64,000 bases of DNA, from NCBI GenBank assembly GCA_001244265.2, contig CDLV01000016.1:248001-312000 (forward strand), written 5' to 3'. Source of the DNA: Microbotryum violaceum (Eukaryota). The notes under the pieces were generated by a model. The model saw only the letters and a list, made by a program, of their open reading frames with translations. It did no database searches and was not told the DNA's origin. Within the stretch, counting starts at the first letter, position 1. Each line of letters begins with the position of its first letter. Below, piece after piece: positions 37,764-49,640 of this stretch. The translations under genes and the position numbers were made by a program.

Positions 37764-38087
37764 ATGTCTAGGTGAGACTAGCTTCCTTCATCTTCGAATG
37801 ACATTGTCGCCACCTGCCTTGGACGTATCACGACACGACGACACCTGCGCCCTGGGACGGAAGCGAGCCCGTTCTTTTTCGCCCAGTGCGGCCCCGGCCG
37901 TCGAGCAGTGGTCGTCGTCGCAGGGCTCGAAGGCGGGCGGTCGACGGGCGAGAGAATCGACGACGACCGCTTGCGGGACCACGAATGTTCGAGTACGAGG
38001 TGCTGACCTTGTCAACTTCGTTTACCGTTGTAGCACGACCGTTCCTTCCAAGCAGGACATCCTCGTACCCGAGACTTTGCTCAAGGT

Positions 38088-38121
<34 letters not shown>

Positions 38122-39587
38122 ATTGTTACGACTCGCGGGCCCGGCGAGGGGCGGCATTCAGCCTGGGCCAGCCAGCAGGGCACTCTGCGAATGGTTGGGT
38201 CGGTTCGATGCGGCGCACGCGCGGCACGCACTTTTTTTGCCCGGCCGGTTCGATCCCACACCGCGCAACGCCTAACGCCCAACGCAGTCCTTCGCTTGCC
38301 TGGAACAAGATATGGTGCTGATAATATCAATTTGGTTGACCCCGTTTACAGAAGCGAAAGTCGACCGAGAAGTCGCGTGAGGAGAAGAAGAACGCCGCTC
38401 TTGAGGCCCGCAAGGTGAGACACCCTACACTTATGCTCCGCACACCCCATTACGAGGACGGACAATCGACTTTGACTTCGACATCGAACTGGGAATAGGA
38501 ACGGATTCCGGGTTGGTGGGAGGAGGGCGGTGAAGGATGCGGCGGCGGAACGAAGGGGCTAGGGGATGCCGCAATTGGGCAAGGTACAGCGGAGACAGAC
38601 CGCGCTGTTGTCGAGAGGCTTGGCCATTCTTCGACATCCAGACTTGTAGAATGACGAACGACTCTAGCTCGGCTTACGGAACGACATCGTTATGGACCGG
38701 GGGGGGGGGGGGTCCACACACACAGACGAGGACGGTGGCCTCTTGCTGACCGCGCAATCGTGTCCTTCTGCCCATTTCACCATACAGAACTTGAGGTCCA
38801 AGCGCCAGGTCGCCTTCAAGCGTGCCGAGCAGTACGTCAACGAGTACAAGAAGGCCGAGCGTGAGGAGATCCGCCTTAAGCGCGCCGCCAAGGCCGCCGG
38901 CAACTTCTACGTCCCCGCCGAGGCCAAAGTCTACTTCGTCATGCGAATCAAGGGGTGAGTAGCTGGTTGGGGAAATGACGAGACCGCGAATCGTAGCAGC
39001 AAAGTACTGATCTGCATCGCTCGCCGTCTCGCCTGCGCTCAGTATCAACAACCTTGCGCCCAAGACGAAGAAGATTATGCGATTGCTCCGTCTGTTGCAG
39101 ATCAACAACGGTGTCTTTGTCCGTGTCACCAAGGCCACGTCGCAGATGCTCTTGATGGTCGAGCCCTACATCACCTACGGAGAGCTCTCGCTCTCGGCCG
39201 CGCGTTCCGTCATCTACAAGCGAGGTGCGCTCAAGATCAACGGCCAGCGCATCCCCATCACCTCGAACCAGGTCGTCGAGCAGGCCCTGGGCAAGTACGG
39301 CATCCTCACGATCGAGGACATCGTCCACGAGATTGTTACGTGCGGCCCCGCATTCAAGCAAGTCAGCAATGCGCTGTGGCCCTTCAAATTGTCTAACGCG
39401 CTCGGCGGATACCGAACCCGAAAGTTCAAGACCTTCATCGAGGGTGGTGAGACCGGCAAGCGTGAACACTTTATCAACGACCTCGTCCGGTAAGTTTTTG
39501 GGGAGAGACTTAAGACTATGTGTTGTATTGCTCGTATTGGGAAGCTGACATAGTCTCTTCGTTTTGACTTGTAGTGCATCCAACTAG
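37764..39587 (+). CDS. RPL7: 60S ribosomal protein L7 (uL30), 6 exons
   Basis: [65 protein letters not shown]. Exons 37764-37771, 38034-38085, 38352-38414, 38788-38954, 39043-39489 and 39575-39587. Confidence 0.97.
38090..38120. repeat. (GT)n microsatellite in RPL7 intron 2
   Basis: About 15 GT units directly after the donor. A shorter (GT)n lies near 37697-37712, upstream of the ATG. Confidence 0.95.
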
Positions 39588-40040
39588 GCGCATCATTGGA
39601 TCGCTTGGCTTGTTTGTTCGTTCGCCTTGTGGTTCGCTTGATTTAGCAGTAGAAAGAGAGGAAGGATGGCAGATAGGAAGAGTTTTGGGAAGTTGTTTGT
39701 CGAGTCGATGGTACAGGTCGGGGTTACGCTGTGCAAAAACAACAATCCCAACTTGATTGTTCTCACAACGCATTTTTCTCCTGCATGGCTGGAGTCTCAC
39801 TCCGAAGATGAGAGGTGACGAGAGTTGTGGATCTGTAATCTGTTCGGCTAAAGTGAAGAAAGAGAACGGGCAGTCGAATCAGTTGCTTTGAATGAGTTCT
39901 CTAATGCCTCGGGGTGCCACACGATGGCTTCGGAGTCGCTTTGGCCCCCTTCCTGGGAGCGGCGAACTTTACGTTAGCGGGGGCCGCGCGGGTGGAACTT
40001 GCTTGGCCTCTGCACCACTCCCAAACGAACTCGATCGAGC

Positions 40041-42233
40041 ATGTCAACGACGACGACTGCTGCTGCTGCTGCTTCCGGCAAGCGCAAGCTCTCCAAAGGA
40101 AAGGACCGAGCGTTCGGACCCGATGACGACTCGGACGATGATGCGCTTCTTCTGGACGACGAGGACGAGGACGAGGACGAGGACATGATCGCTGCAGCCG
40201 ATGACGACGACGATGACGACAGTGAGCTCGATCCTGGCTCCGGACCGGGGTGGGATGGGACGGGGAAGAGGAAGCGTAAGTTGGTGAGCAAGACCGATCG
40301 TTCGTTGGTCGAAGCGAGCAAAGGTGGGATCAAAATTGTCGTTGGGGGATCGGCGATCCACTTCGTGCTGCTGGAGCAGGAGGAGGGAACTCTGGCAAGC
40401 GTAAGAACAAGAAAGGCAAGGGTAGGGTTTGGGAGGGGGAGTTCGAACATACTTGGGATAACGTACAGGAGGATGAGAGAGGCACGTTGGAAGGTGCCGT
40501 ATCGGGGGCTTTGTTGGGTACCAAAAACAGGAGGTCAGTTCATCCATCCTTACCCGTCGGAGGGGTGGGGTGGTTTGTCGTCGATCGAGTGGGGAGGAGG
40601 CGCTGACCATTCAAAGGAATTGAACAGGATCTTGAGGGATACCACATCGATCCAAAGGGGCATCATTCGGCATGTGTACCTTGTCATCGATCTCAGTGCG
40701 GTCATGCTCGAACGCGAGTTCAAGTCGAGCTGGCTCGATCTCGCCCTGCAATACGCGAGGGTCAGTCCTCGGCTCTGAACGGACCAAGAAGCCACGATTG
40801 GATGCATCAAGGTAACCGCAACTGACTCGATCCTGTCTTGATCTCGACAGGAATTTATCTCAGAGTTCTTTGATCAGAACCCGATATCCCAGATGGCGGT
40901 ATTAGTCACCAGGGACGGAGCAGCCGAACGGTTGTCTCCCCTCGGAGGTGGGTCTGATCATGCAGATCATCTCTTCCCCTTGAACGAAAAGTTGAGCTGA
41001 TCTCCACCTTCGCGTCATTCAGGCAACCCCGTCGATCATCTGAAAGCCCTGCAGAACGAAAAGAAGCTGGAAGCACGCGGCGATCCGAGTCTGCAAAATG
41101 TGCTCAAGATGGCACAGTCGGGATTGAGGTACGCATTCTCCGGGTTCGTGTCGTTCGTTTAATCAAAACCTGATCAATCTGTTTCATCTCCCTCCTCCTA
41201 GCCATCTACCCCCGCACGGATCTCGAGAAGTCATCATCATCCTCGGGTCCTTGACCACCTGCGATCCGGGCAACATACACACCACAATCAAAGACGTCGA
41301 AAAGGATCGGTGCGTCCGGTGGGCCTGGTTAATATACTCCTGTATGATTGCATGAAAATTGAACCAAATCGCCTATCGCTCCACAGCATCCGTGTCAACA
41401 TCATTGGCCTTGCGGCCGAAATGAAGATTTGTCGCGATATCGCCACCCGCACCAAAGGTGGGTCCTGCTTGCCCGTCAGCTGGCTCTCACGGCACAGAGT
41501 TGATATGACTGAGCACATAATTCCCCCCACAGGCACCTACAACGTCGCTCGAGACGACCTCTACCTACGCGAGCTGCTCTTTGAATTCGTCTCACCCCCC
41601 GCAACACTCGCGCCTTCGAAATCGCACGTACTCGGAGGTCCTTCGGCATCAGCTCCCAGCTCGTCCGCTGATCTGATGCAAATGGGTTTCCCTCAACTCA
41701 TCCAAGCTCCCTATCCGGGGTTATGCTCCTGTCACCTCAAGCTCAAGAACTCGGGATATAATTGCCCGAGATGCAAGAGTCGTATTTGTGATGTGCCGAC
41801 TGAGTGTAGGGTCTGTGGATTGACGGTCGTGAATGCGCCGCAGCTGGCGAGGAGTTATCGGCATTTGTTCCCGGTGGGTTCGATTATGTGTGCCGTGGGT
41901 ATGCGACCGTGTACTGAAGCTTGATACATGGCGACAGGTGGCGAACTACGAGATCGTATCCGAGTGAGTGACCTCGAGGCCTTACCAACGCTCTACGCGC
42001 CGCACGCTAATAATATCTCTGCCTCTCTCCCTCTCAGACCATCCTCATCCTACCCCTTGTCATGCAAAGCATGCTCACACCCCTTCTCAACCACAGCGAT
42101 CAAATCGTCCCTGACCTCAGTCGACATCTCCCCTTTGGGTCGGTATTCATGCGCTACGTGCGAGAAACATTTCTGCCTCGATTGCGACAAGTTGGTGCAT
42201 GACGCTTTGGGATTTTGTCCGGGGTGTTGCTGA
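40041..42233 (+). CDS. SSL1: TFIIH subunit Ssl1/p44 (vWA + Zn finger + C1_4 domain)
   Basis: [90 protein letters not shown]...CPGC. Confidence 0.95.
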
Positions 42234-43044
42234 GGAGGACGGATAGGATATGTCTGGGCTATGGTTGATGTACGGGATGATGTTGTATTTTTGAGAATGG
42301 ACAATTGATGAGGCGTTTGGCTCGTGGGCGCGGGACTTTGAAATGCTTGACTACAAGTCTAGTACGACGGAGAGGGTGTTCTATCTCTCTCTTGGTTGAA
42401 GCTTCAACAACCAAGCTCAATGTATGACCCACCCCTCGGGAACATCCTGCTTCTTATAGAAATCGGCGTTGAGCTCGGCGCCTCGATTCGGTTTTCGAGA
42501 GCTAGCCAGTAATAGGCGCACGTGCGCAACTCGCCCGAAAGCCGGGTTTCAGATTGGGTCATTCGCACAGCCGGCCAGAGCCGACGGACGAATCGAGGCG
42601 GGCGCTCTCGTGCTCTCGGCTCAGTTTCGTCGCATCATACCCCGAACAACCACCTCTGGAACGACTCGATCATCTGGGTGGGTCGCTGGACTGGGTGTGT
42701 GGTCTTGTGCAGGGCCCTTGCCCCTTGCGAGTGCGACGTTCAGGGTCGTTTAGCCGTTCCGCCGGTACTCGGTACTGTACCGTCGTCGATCTACGGCGCC
42801 GTATCGATGGGTCGTCGGTCATGGCGGTCATGGCGGTCATGGCGGTCGTGCGACACGCGGACAATTGGAACTTGTCGTCGAGGCGGTGACAGTGGATCTC
42901 ACACCGATGTAGCCACTAGCTCTCGTCACATCCAACAGGACCCCTGCATTGCAGGATCATGAATCGCCGGCTAACGATAGCTGTCCGCTCACCCCTGTCC
43001 CGTAACCTCCTCCGCATCTCGCTCCACAGTTCCGACCTCGAAAC

Positions 43045-43717
43045 ATGCCTGCTCAATCCGCACCTTTCCGAGAACGTATGGCCGCAAGAATCCAAACCAT
43101 TTTTGGGTCCAACGATCCGCAAGCCGAGGTACGTCACTCTGTTACCAAGGGTGCTCGGTACTTTGATTGTTTCCGTTCTCGACGGCAAGGAGAGCTGATC
43201 ACACTTTCAACAGGGCTACCAACCCGTTGGTACCAGCAACAACAACAATTACGGAGCAACTTCCTCGACAGGCGCACCCTTGCTCAACCATGGTATGCAA
43301 GTCCTGCCCCCCGATGCGACTAAGATTGAACCCAAGGTGAGAACAAAATCCTTTCCCCCCTACTCAACCCACATCAATCCTGATCCCCTCTTTCCTCCAT
43401 CTCCCACTCAAAACTCAAGGTCTGGCTCGCCTCCGAGCGCACTTTTCTCAACTGGCTGCGCGTAGCGCTGCTGCTCTCCTCATTCGCTCTAGCCTTGTTC
43501 AACTCTGCCGGACCGACGGACAACGTCGCGAAATGGATGGGTTTTGCCTATGCTTTGATCGCGATATGTATGTTGGGCTACGCGTATGGTATGCATCGCT
43601 TGAGGAGGCAGAGGATCATTCATCGGTATGCGGGGCATCATGGTCAGTTTTAGCGTTCATTCCGTCTTGAAAGGAGAAAGAGGTGATAGCCGTCGGAAAC
43701 GCTCACACAAGCGGAGG

Positions 43718-43752
<35 letters not shown>

Positions 43753-44014
43753 TCTAGACGAACTTTATGGGCCCATCATCCTCGTCGGCCTCGTCTTCAT
43801 CGCCGTGTTGACCAATTTCATCCTTCGCGTCAACCAAAGGTACGTGTCGACGTTATTTGCTCCACCCACTTCCTTCCATCCATCCCCGCTGACGCGGAAC
43901 TTCATTATCGGCTCGTGGGACTTTGATAGGGAAACGTTGCGCGACCACCCTACGCCCAAGAACCCTTGGATCAATACGGTCGAATTGGTGAGAAGTGCGT
44001 TCGTGATCAGTTGA
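43045..44014 (+). CDS. VTC1: Vacuolar transporter chaperone Vtc1-like (DUF202) membrane protein
   Basis: KIEPKVWLASERTFLNWL, three hydrophobic helices, and DELYGPIILVG..LTNFILR. Confidence 0.85.
43720..43749. repeat. (CT)n microsatellite forming the polypyrimidine tract of a VTC1 intron
   Basis: About 15 CT units shortly before the TTCTAG acceptor. Confidence 0.9.
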
Positions 44015-44352
44015 TGATCAGAGGCGTGTGAGGGCCAGGGGTGTGGATTGTGGGGACGATCGAACGCTTTTTTTGTGGGAGAAAGGGGTTCTGTACATGC
44101 CGCACCTGATTCGTTCCAGTGTCCCCCCCGTGTGCAATGTTCTCTCAGGGTACGGAACCCGTGACTCTTGGGTCTGGGTTTCTTTGATGGTATGATTTTC
44201 GGGGGGAAGATTCGACATATGAAAGACGAAAGCCTATGATACATTAGAAAACCTTGGCGCGGGACACCTTTCATTCCGCTTTTAACCTTTCCGACTACCC
44301 AAACTCCCCATTGGACACCGAAACCCCCATCGCCAGCTCCGTGCGCCGCGTC

Positions 44353-46413
44353 TTAAGCGACCTGGCCCCAAATCTTGATCGTCTTATCTGCGCCGCCGGT
44401 GATCAACCTCGAACCGGTCTGATCGAAAGTCGAACAAAACACGCCCGCCTCGGCATCCAACGAACCGGGTTGGGCGAGGTCGTTCATGGTTTGGAAGGGA
44501 AGGCCGGTCTTGTAGTCCCAGAAGGTGATGGAACCGTTGTCCGCTGTTCGATAAGGAGAGAGGGGGAGGTGAATGGTTGTTTGAGGAACGGTATAGGTAG
44601 GAATGAGAAAATGGAAGAAGCTTACCACCCGAATAAAACACGCCTTCATGATTCACACTGATCGTATTAATGATCGCGTCATGGCCACTGAAATTATGCA
44701 CAAAAGTCCCGTCGGGGCAAGCCCATTTCTTGATGTTGTTTCCCCCGGCCGAACCCGAGGCGAAGGAGTATTCGGTCGGGTGAATCGCGAGCGCCCGAAC
44801 GGATTTGTGGTGGTGCGTCAGAGTCGTCATCGTTTTTCCGGCGGCGAGGTCCCATAATCTGAGGATGTGAGCATCGCCTTTTAGCTCGGCTCAACGACGG
44901 CATCGAGTTCGTTCACGGGGAGGCTTACCGAATCGTCGTATCCATCGACCCGGTAATGACTTGCGGATCCGACTCTTGGCATTTGACATCGGCGATCGTT
45001 CCCGTGTGACCGCTGAGCACATGGACCTGGGCTTTTGTTCGCATGTCCCATACGCGAGCGGAGGCGTCTCGACCTGCGGTCACGAGGACATCGAGGGTGG
45101 GGTGAAGGCTGTGGTGCGGAGGGGTGAGTTTGAAAAGAGGGTGAAGGGTTAGGGGAGCAGGGTGGGGGAAGCAGGGTGGACTTACGAGAGCGCGTAGATG
45201 CCGGACAAGTGGCCGTGGTAATGGCGGATCACGCGATTTGTCTCCAAGTCCCAGCATTTGACCATCTGTAGTGGAAACCAACGGGTCAGACGATGTACTC
45301 TACCGCAGAGAGAACGACGCACCTTGTCTTCCCCGCACGAAAAGAGGTAAGGGTGGCGATTCGAGACGGCGAGACCTCGGACGGTGGAGATGTGACCGGT
45401 CAAGGACAGTTTGAGTTCACCACTGGCCAGATCCCAAATCTGTGGGCGATCCGATCGCGGGTCGTCAGCGACTTTTGTTGGGCGGCTTGGCCTTGCCGAG
45501 TATGGGCCAGCAATGCAGCCTCTCCTACCTTGACGACGCGATCGCCGGCGCCGGATGCGAACCAGGTATTTCCCGGTTCGACGGCCAACGCGCGTACCCA
45601 ACCGAGATGACCCGAAATAACGCGCATGAGTTTCCAAGGGGCATGGTAGTCGGGTTTGACGGCCCTGGCTTCGCGACGACGGATCAACGATTGCGAGAGC
45701 AGCGTCGGCGTCTGGTGAGAGACGGGCAAGGAGGTCGCGGAGAAGGTGCCGTTGGAGGAAGTGGTGGTGAGTGCGGTCGAGGATCGATTGGAGGAAGGTG
45801 CGGGTGTTGAGGATGGTGCGCCTGGTGCGCCTGGTGCGCCTGGTGGATGAGGATGGGGGAAGATGGGAGGAGGAAGGGAGCGCAAGGACGCGTGATAAAG
45901 GTCGTCATCAGCAAGCATTCCATCCGTTCCAGCGGGGCCTCGCAAGCCAGCCTCGCCTCGGGGTCACCCGTCGCCGAGCTGTACGCAAGACTAACCCTCA
46001 ATCATGCGGGTACTGCTCGCCACAGCTGGTCTGCGCGCACCTCCGGCAGGCTGTGCCGGTCGTTGTGGTCCTTGCGCGCCCTTTTGCTGCACCAACAACG
46101 CCGCCGGCAACACCTTGGCATTCCCGTACTCGGCGTTGATCTTGGCCGCGAGGCGCAGTTTGGCACTGTGCGTGAACAGAGCCGATACGGTGTCAGTGCG
46201 TGAACAGAACCGATGCGGTGTCAGTGCAGGCCAGACGGTGGGTCGGGGTCGGGGTCTGGACTGGGCGTCCTGCGTCCTGCGTCGGGCGTGGACTGACGAG
46301 CGATCGGTTTCGTCGACTTGGTAGAACGCTTCGTCGGCAGAGAACAGCGCGTGCGTACGCTTGATCGAGCGCCGGATCGAGTCGTCGATCGAAGGCAACG
46401 AGTCGAGCGACAT
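44353..46413 (-). CDS. PRP46: Pre-mRNA splicing factor Prp46/PLRG1 (WD40)
   Basis: [86 protein letters not shown]. Confidence 0.97.
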
Positions 46414-46667
46414 GGTCCTACGTCCGAGCTGAGGTCGGTCGTCCGGCGCGGGGTCGGGGTGGGGAGGCGGAGAAAGGAGTGCTGTGTGGGTTCGCGCTGG
46501 GAATTGGAGCCGGTTGGAGCTCGGTCCGGCCCCGCTCGGTTCGGAATATTCGACCCCACGCACGACTTGACCCGGCAAATATTCTCATTTCAAATCACAA
46601 CAACATCTCAAACAGCTTCCGAGAAACACTTCACCCTCCGACCCACTCTATTCACCACCGCCCAAGC

Positions 46668-47917
46668 TCAGTGGTGGTCCTTCTTCTCCTGCTTCCTCCC
46701 CATGTGTTCCATCACCTTCATCTCCTTCTTGCTCAGCTTGGGGAAATGAGCTTCAAACACTTGCAACTGTTGCTTTTGGCGATAGTCCTTTCCACTCGTG
46801 CTGTACACCGAAACACGAACGGATCAGCAGTCCGCCGAACATCCTCATGCCTTGAAAGACCACTGGTGGCCCCCAATTGAATTCACCTCACGATCGCCCA
46901 ATCCTTTTGATCGGCCCACTTGAGGATGGTCTGCCCCTCCGTAATCTGATGCCTCTCGGCAATCTTTTCCACAACCCGATCCGCCTTCCCCCCGTGCCTC
47001 GTCGTCAAACTCGTCAAGGTCGAATAAGCCGCGATCTGAATTTGTTTTCTCCGACACAACTCGATCGTCGCCTTCATCTCGAGTTGGTTGTAGAGGTGTA
47101 ACTTGATTTGGTTCACCGCGGGCACGATCGTCAATGACTCCGAGGCGAGCAGTCGCTCCAAATCCGAAGCGAGATAGTTGGACACGCCGATCGAACGAAC
47201 CAAACCTCGATGAACGAACGATTCGAACGTGGGCCAGATGGACCGGTCCGCGCCGAACTGCGGGACGTGGATCAGGTACAGGTCCAAGTAGGTCGTGTTG
47301 AGCTGTAGAGAGGTTAAATTCGTACATGAGTTACTGAACGGTGCGAGGTGAAACCAAGTCGGCGTGCGCTCCCTCTCCCTCCGTCCAGTGCACTGCATAC
47401 CTTGCGCAAGGTGTCGTGCAATTCCTGTTCCGGTCCTTGGCCGTTCAAGCGATCGTACTTGCTCGTCAGATACAACTCGTCCCGGGGGATCGCACTAGCC
47501 CTGATCGCATCCGCGACGCTCTCTTGGTTCGCATAAAAAGCCGCATTGTCTGTGTGGATCGAATGCTCGAAATGAGATCAAACTTTTCCGGAGCGGGAAG
47601 CTGGCAGCTGAGGCGCTGAGGGCCATACTACTGGTCGATGCGAATCGAGTCGAGCGCGCACCTAGATGACGATAGCCTTGGTTCAACGCACTGAGGACGA
47701 TCTCGGTCACGTTCTCGCCTTTCCAGACCGAACCTGCTCCAAAGGCGGGGGAGGGGAGCAAGGTGCCGTCCGAGAGGGGGAAGAGCCGGTGCGAGTCGAA
47801 CTTGGTCGTTGACGGGGAAGCGGAGGCAGGCGAGGGAGACGCACCGTTCCAGAAGAATTGGAACGAGTTGGCGGAGTGGAGGTGGAGCAGAAGGAACGAC
47901 AGAATGAAGGGTCGCAT
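46668..47917 (-). CDS. Aldo/keto reductase with N-terminal hydrophobic leader
   Basis: PSPAFGAG, GYRHL-DNAAFY, LTSKY, YLDLYLIH, VRSIGVSNY and PAVNQI. The catalytic Asp/Tyr/Lys/His residues appear present. Confidence 0.9.
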
Positions 47918-48202
47918 TGTGGGTTGGATCAGGACGAGGTTCGCTGCTTGTGGAGGAGGCACCGAGAGCAAAGCGTGTGAGGAATCAGGATTGTCTCACG
48001 GGCGGTGGGCGTCTTGCTGGCTTGCTTACGTCTCCGATCCGAGGCGGTCCGAGCGCCGTCCGAAAGCTGTCCGCCCGACTCGGCATCGACGGACCACAAC
48101 CAGACCCCCTGTTGAGGCCGTTGAGGCACCGCACGAAGACGCACTGCCCCCTACGACCAGACAGACCGTCCTCGGTGCCGCTCGACTCGCCTTGACCTGA
48201 CG

Positions 48203-49419
48203 ATGGATCATTCGATGCAGCATGGGGCCGGGAGCTTCTCCGCCGCAGCAATGCCCATGCACTGCAAGGTACGCATCAGCTCAGCTCGTCCCAGAGCACA
48301 CTCGACACCGTACTCACCTCTCACCGTCTTGTCCTCAGATGAACATGGTCAGCTTACCCTTGCCCTCCCTGTACGCTACGTCGTCGCAACCAGTCTCCGC
48401 CGACTGACTCGACCTGCCCATCCACCCCGACAGGTCTGGAACACGGATCCCATGGGCATCTGTCTCGTCTTCCCTTCCCTTCAGATCACCTCGCGCTCGA
48501 GCCTCGTCTTCTATGTTGTGTTCCGTACGTCCCAAAGCGCCCAGCCCACCCGGCGCACGTGACCACTCGAAGCTGACCGATCGGACCACTGCAATCCCTC
48601 CCCCTCCCTCCCCCATCCTGAACCAGTTATACTGCTCTCGATTGTCTACGAATACACCCGTCTGTCGCTTCTCTCCTTCGACCGCGTACTCCGAACCTCC
48701 CTCCGAGGCGCAGGGGATAACTCGAACCTGTCCACAGCTTCGGGGAGCTATCCGCATCGCAACCCTTCGCCTACACCCGGGTCGAGGAGACCTACGAATA
48801 TCCCTTTCGGCGAGTCGAGGGACTTGGATGAGGCGCTGTTGGGGGGTGGTCGGAGTACGAGGTCGTTTGGCGTCGTGTGAGTTGGGTTTTCTCGGCGTTT
48901 TTGGCTCGAGACTCATCCGTTTCTCTTCCTTCTCTCCCTTGGGGAACAGCAAACTTCCATGGTCAATCCAGACACGAAGATCGATGTCGTACACCTTCAA
49001 CATCGCGCTGTCGGTGCGTCCTCCCCCAAACTTGTACCCGAGCCCGGATGTGCTTGCATGCCCAAACTGACCTCGTGTATCGCATCGGGCTGGGCTCGTA
49101 CGCGATTCGGTTAGTTTTACATCATGTTGATCATCATGTGTAAGCCCACCCAATCCAGGAAAAGTATGAACCTGACTGTGACTGACTACACTTGCCATAT
49201 GGTTGAACAGCGTACAACGCCGTCCTGATCGCCGCGGTCCTCATGTTCGTCCTTCACCGTGCACCTACAATGGGTGTTCCTCTTCCGGAGATCACATCGC
49301 TGACGTACTCCAACCTTTCATCCTGTCACAGTGGAGCCCTCCTGGGGCATTGCATCTTTCAACGATATTTCGACCTTGGACTCGTCGAGGACGATGGGAA
49401 AACTCTGTCGTGTCACTGA
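48203..49419 (+). CDS. Ctr copper transporter (Ctr2-like)
   Basis: Met/His-rich N-terminus MDHSMQHG..MPMHCKMNMVWN, LYEY, TM2 MLIIM (MxxxM), YNA, GALLGH and C-terminal SCH-stop. Confidence 0.9.
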
Positions 49420-49640
49420 GCTTCATGCCGTTGCTGAGGGAAAGGGACGTGCATTTGGGCGAACCCGTGTAGACTTTGTATATTACATTCGCATTTGATT
49501 TGTGCATTTTCGGTACCTGTCAGAGCGTGCGCCCGAGGTATGAATAGAGCCGTCGACAGGGGCTTGCCCCCACGGCTCAGCATCGCGAAGCCGACCGTTG
49601 GTCGTGCGCCCACGCGCGGACCTCAGTTTCCGCCCGTCGC

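Noticed and set aside
38086-39042. Intronic box C/D snoRNA in RPL7 (yeast RPL7 introns host snoRNAs)
   Set aside because: Only degenerate ATGACGA motifs are present, the CTGA motifs coincide with branch sites, and I saw no terminal stem or rRNA guide.
42816-42847. (CGGTCATGG)x3 upstream of VTC1, and a 10-bp duplication at 53811-53830
   Set aside because: Small slippage-type repeats with no supporting context.
47966-47972. Mac1-type copper-response element (TTTGCTC) upstream of the Ctr gene; also TTTGCTCA at 22529
   Set aside because: These are single short matches, and the yeast motif may not apply to this lineage.
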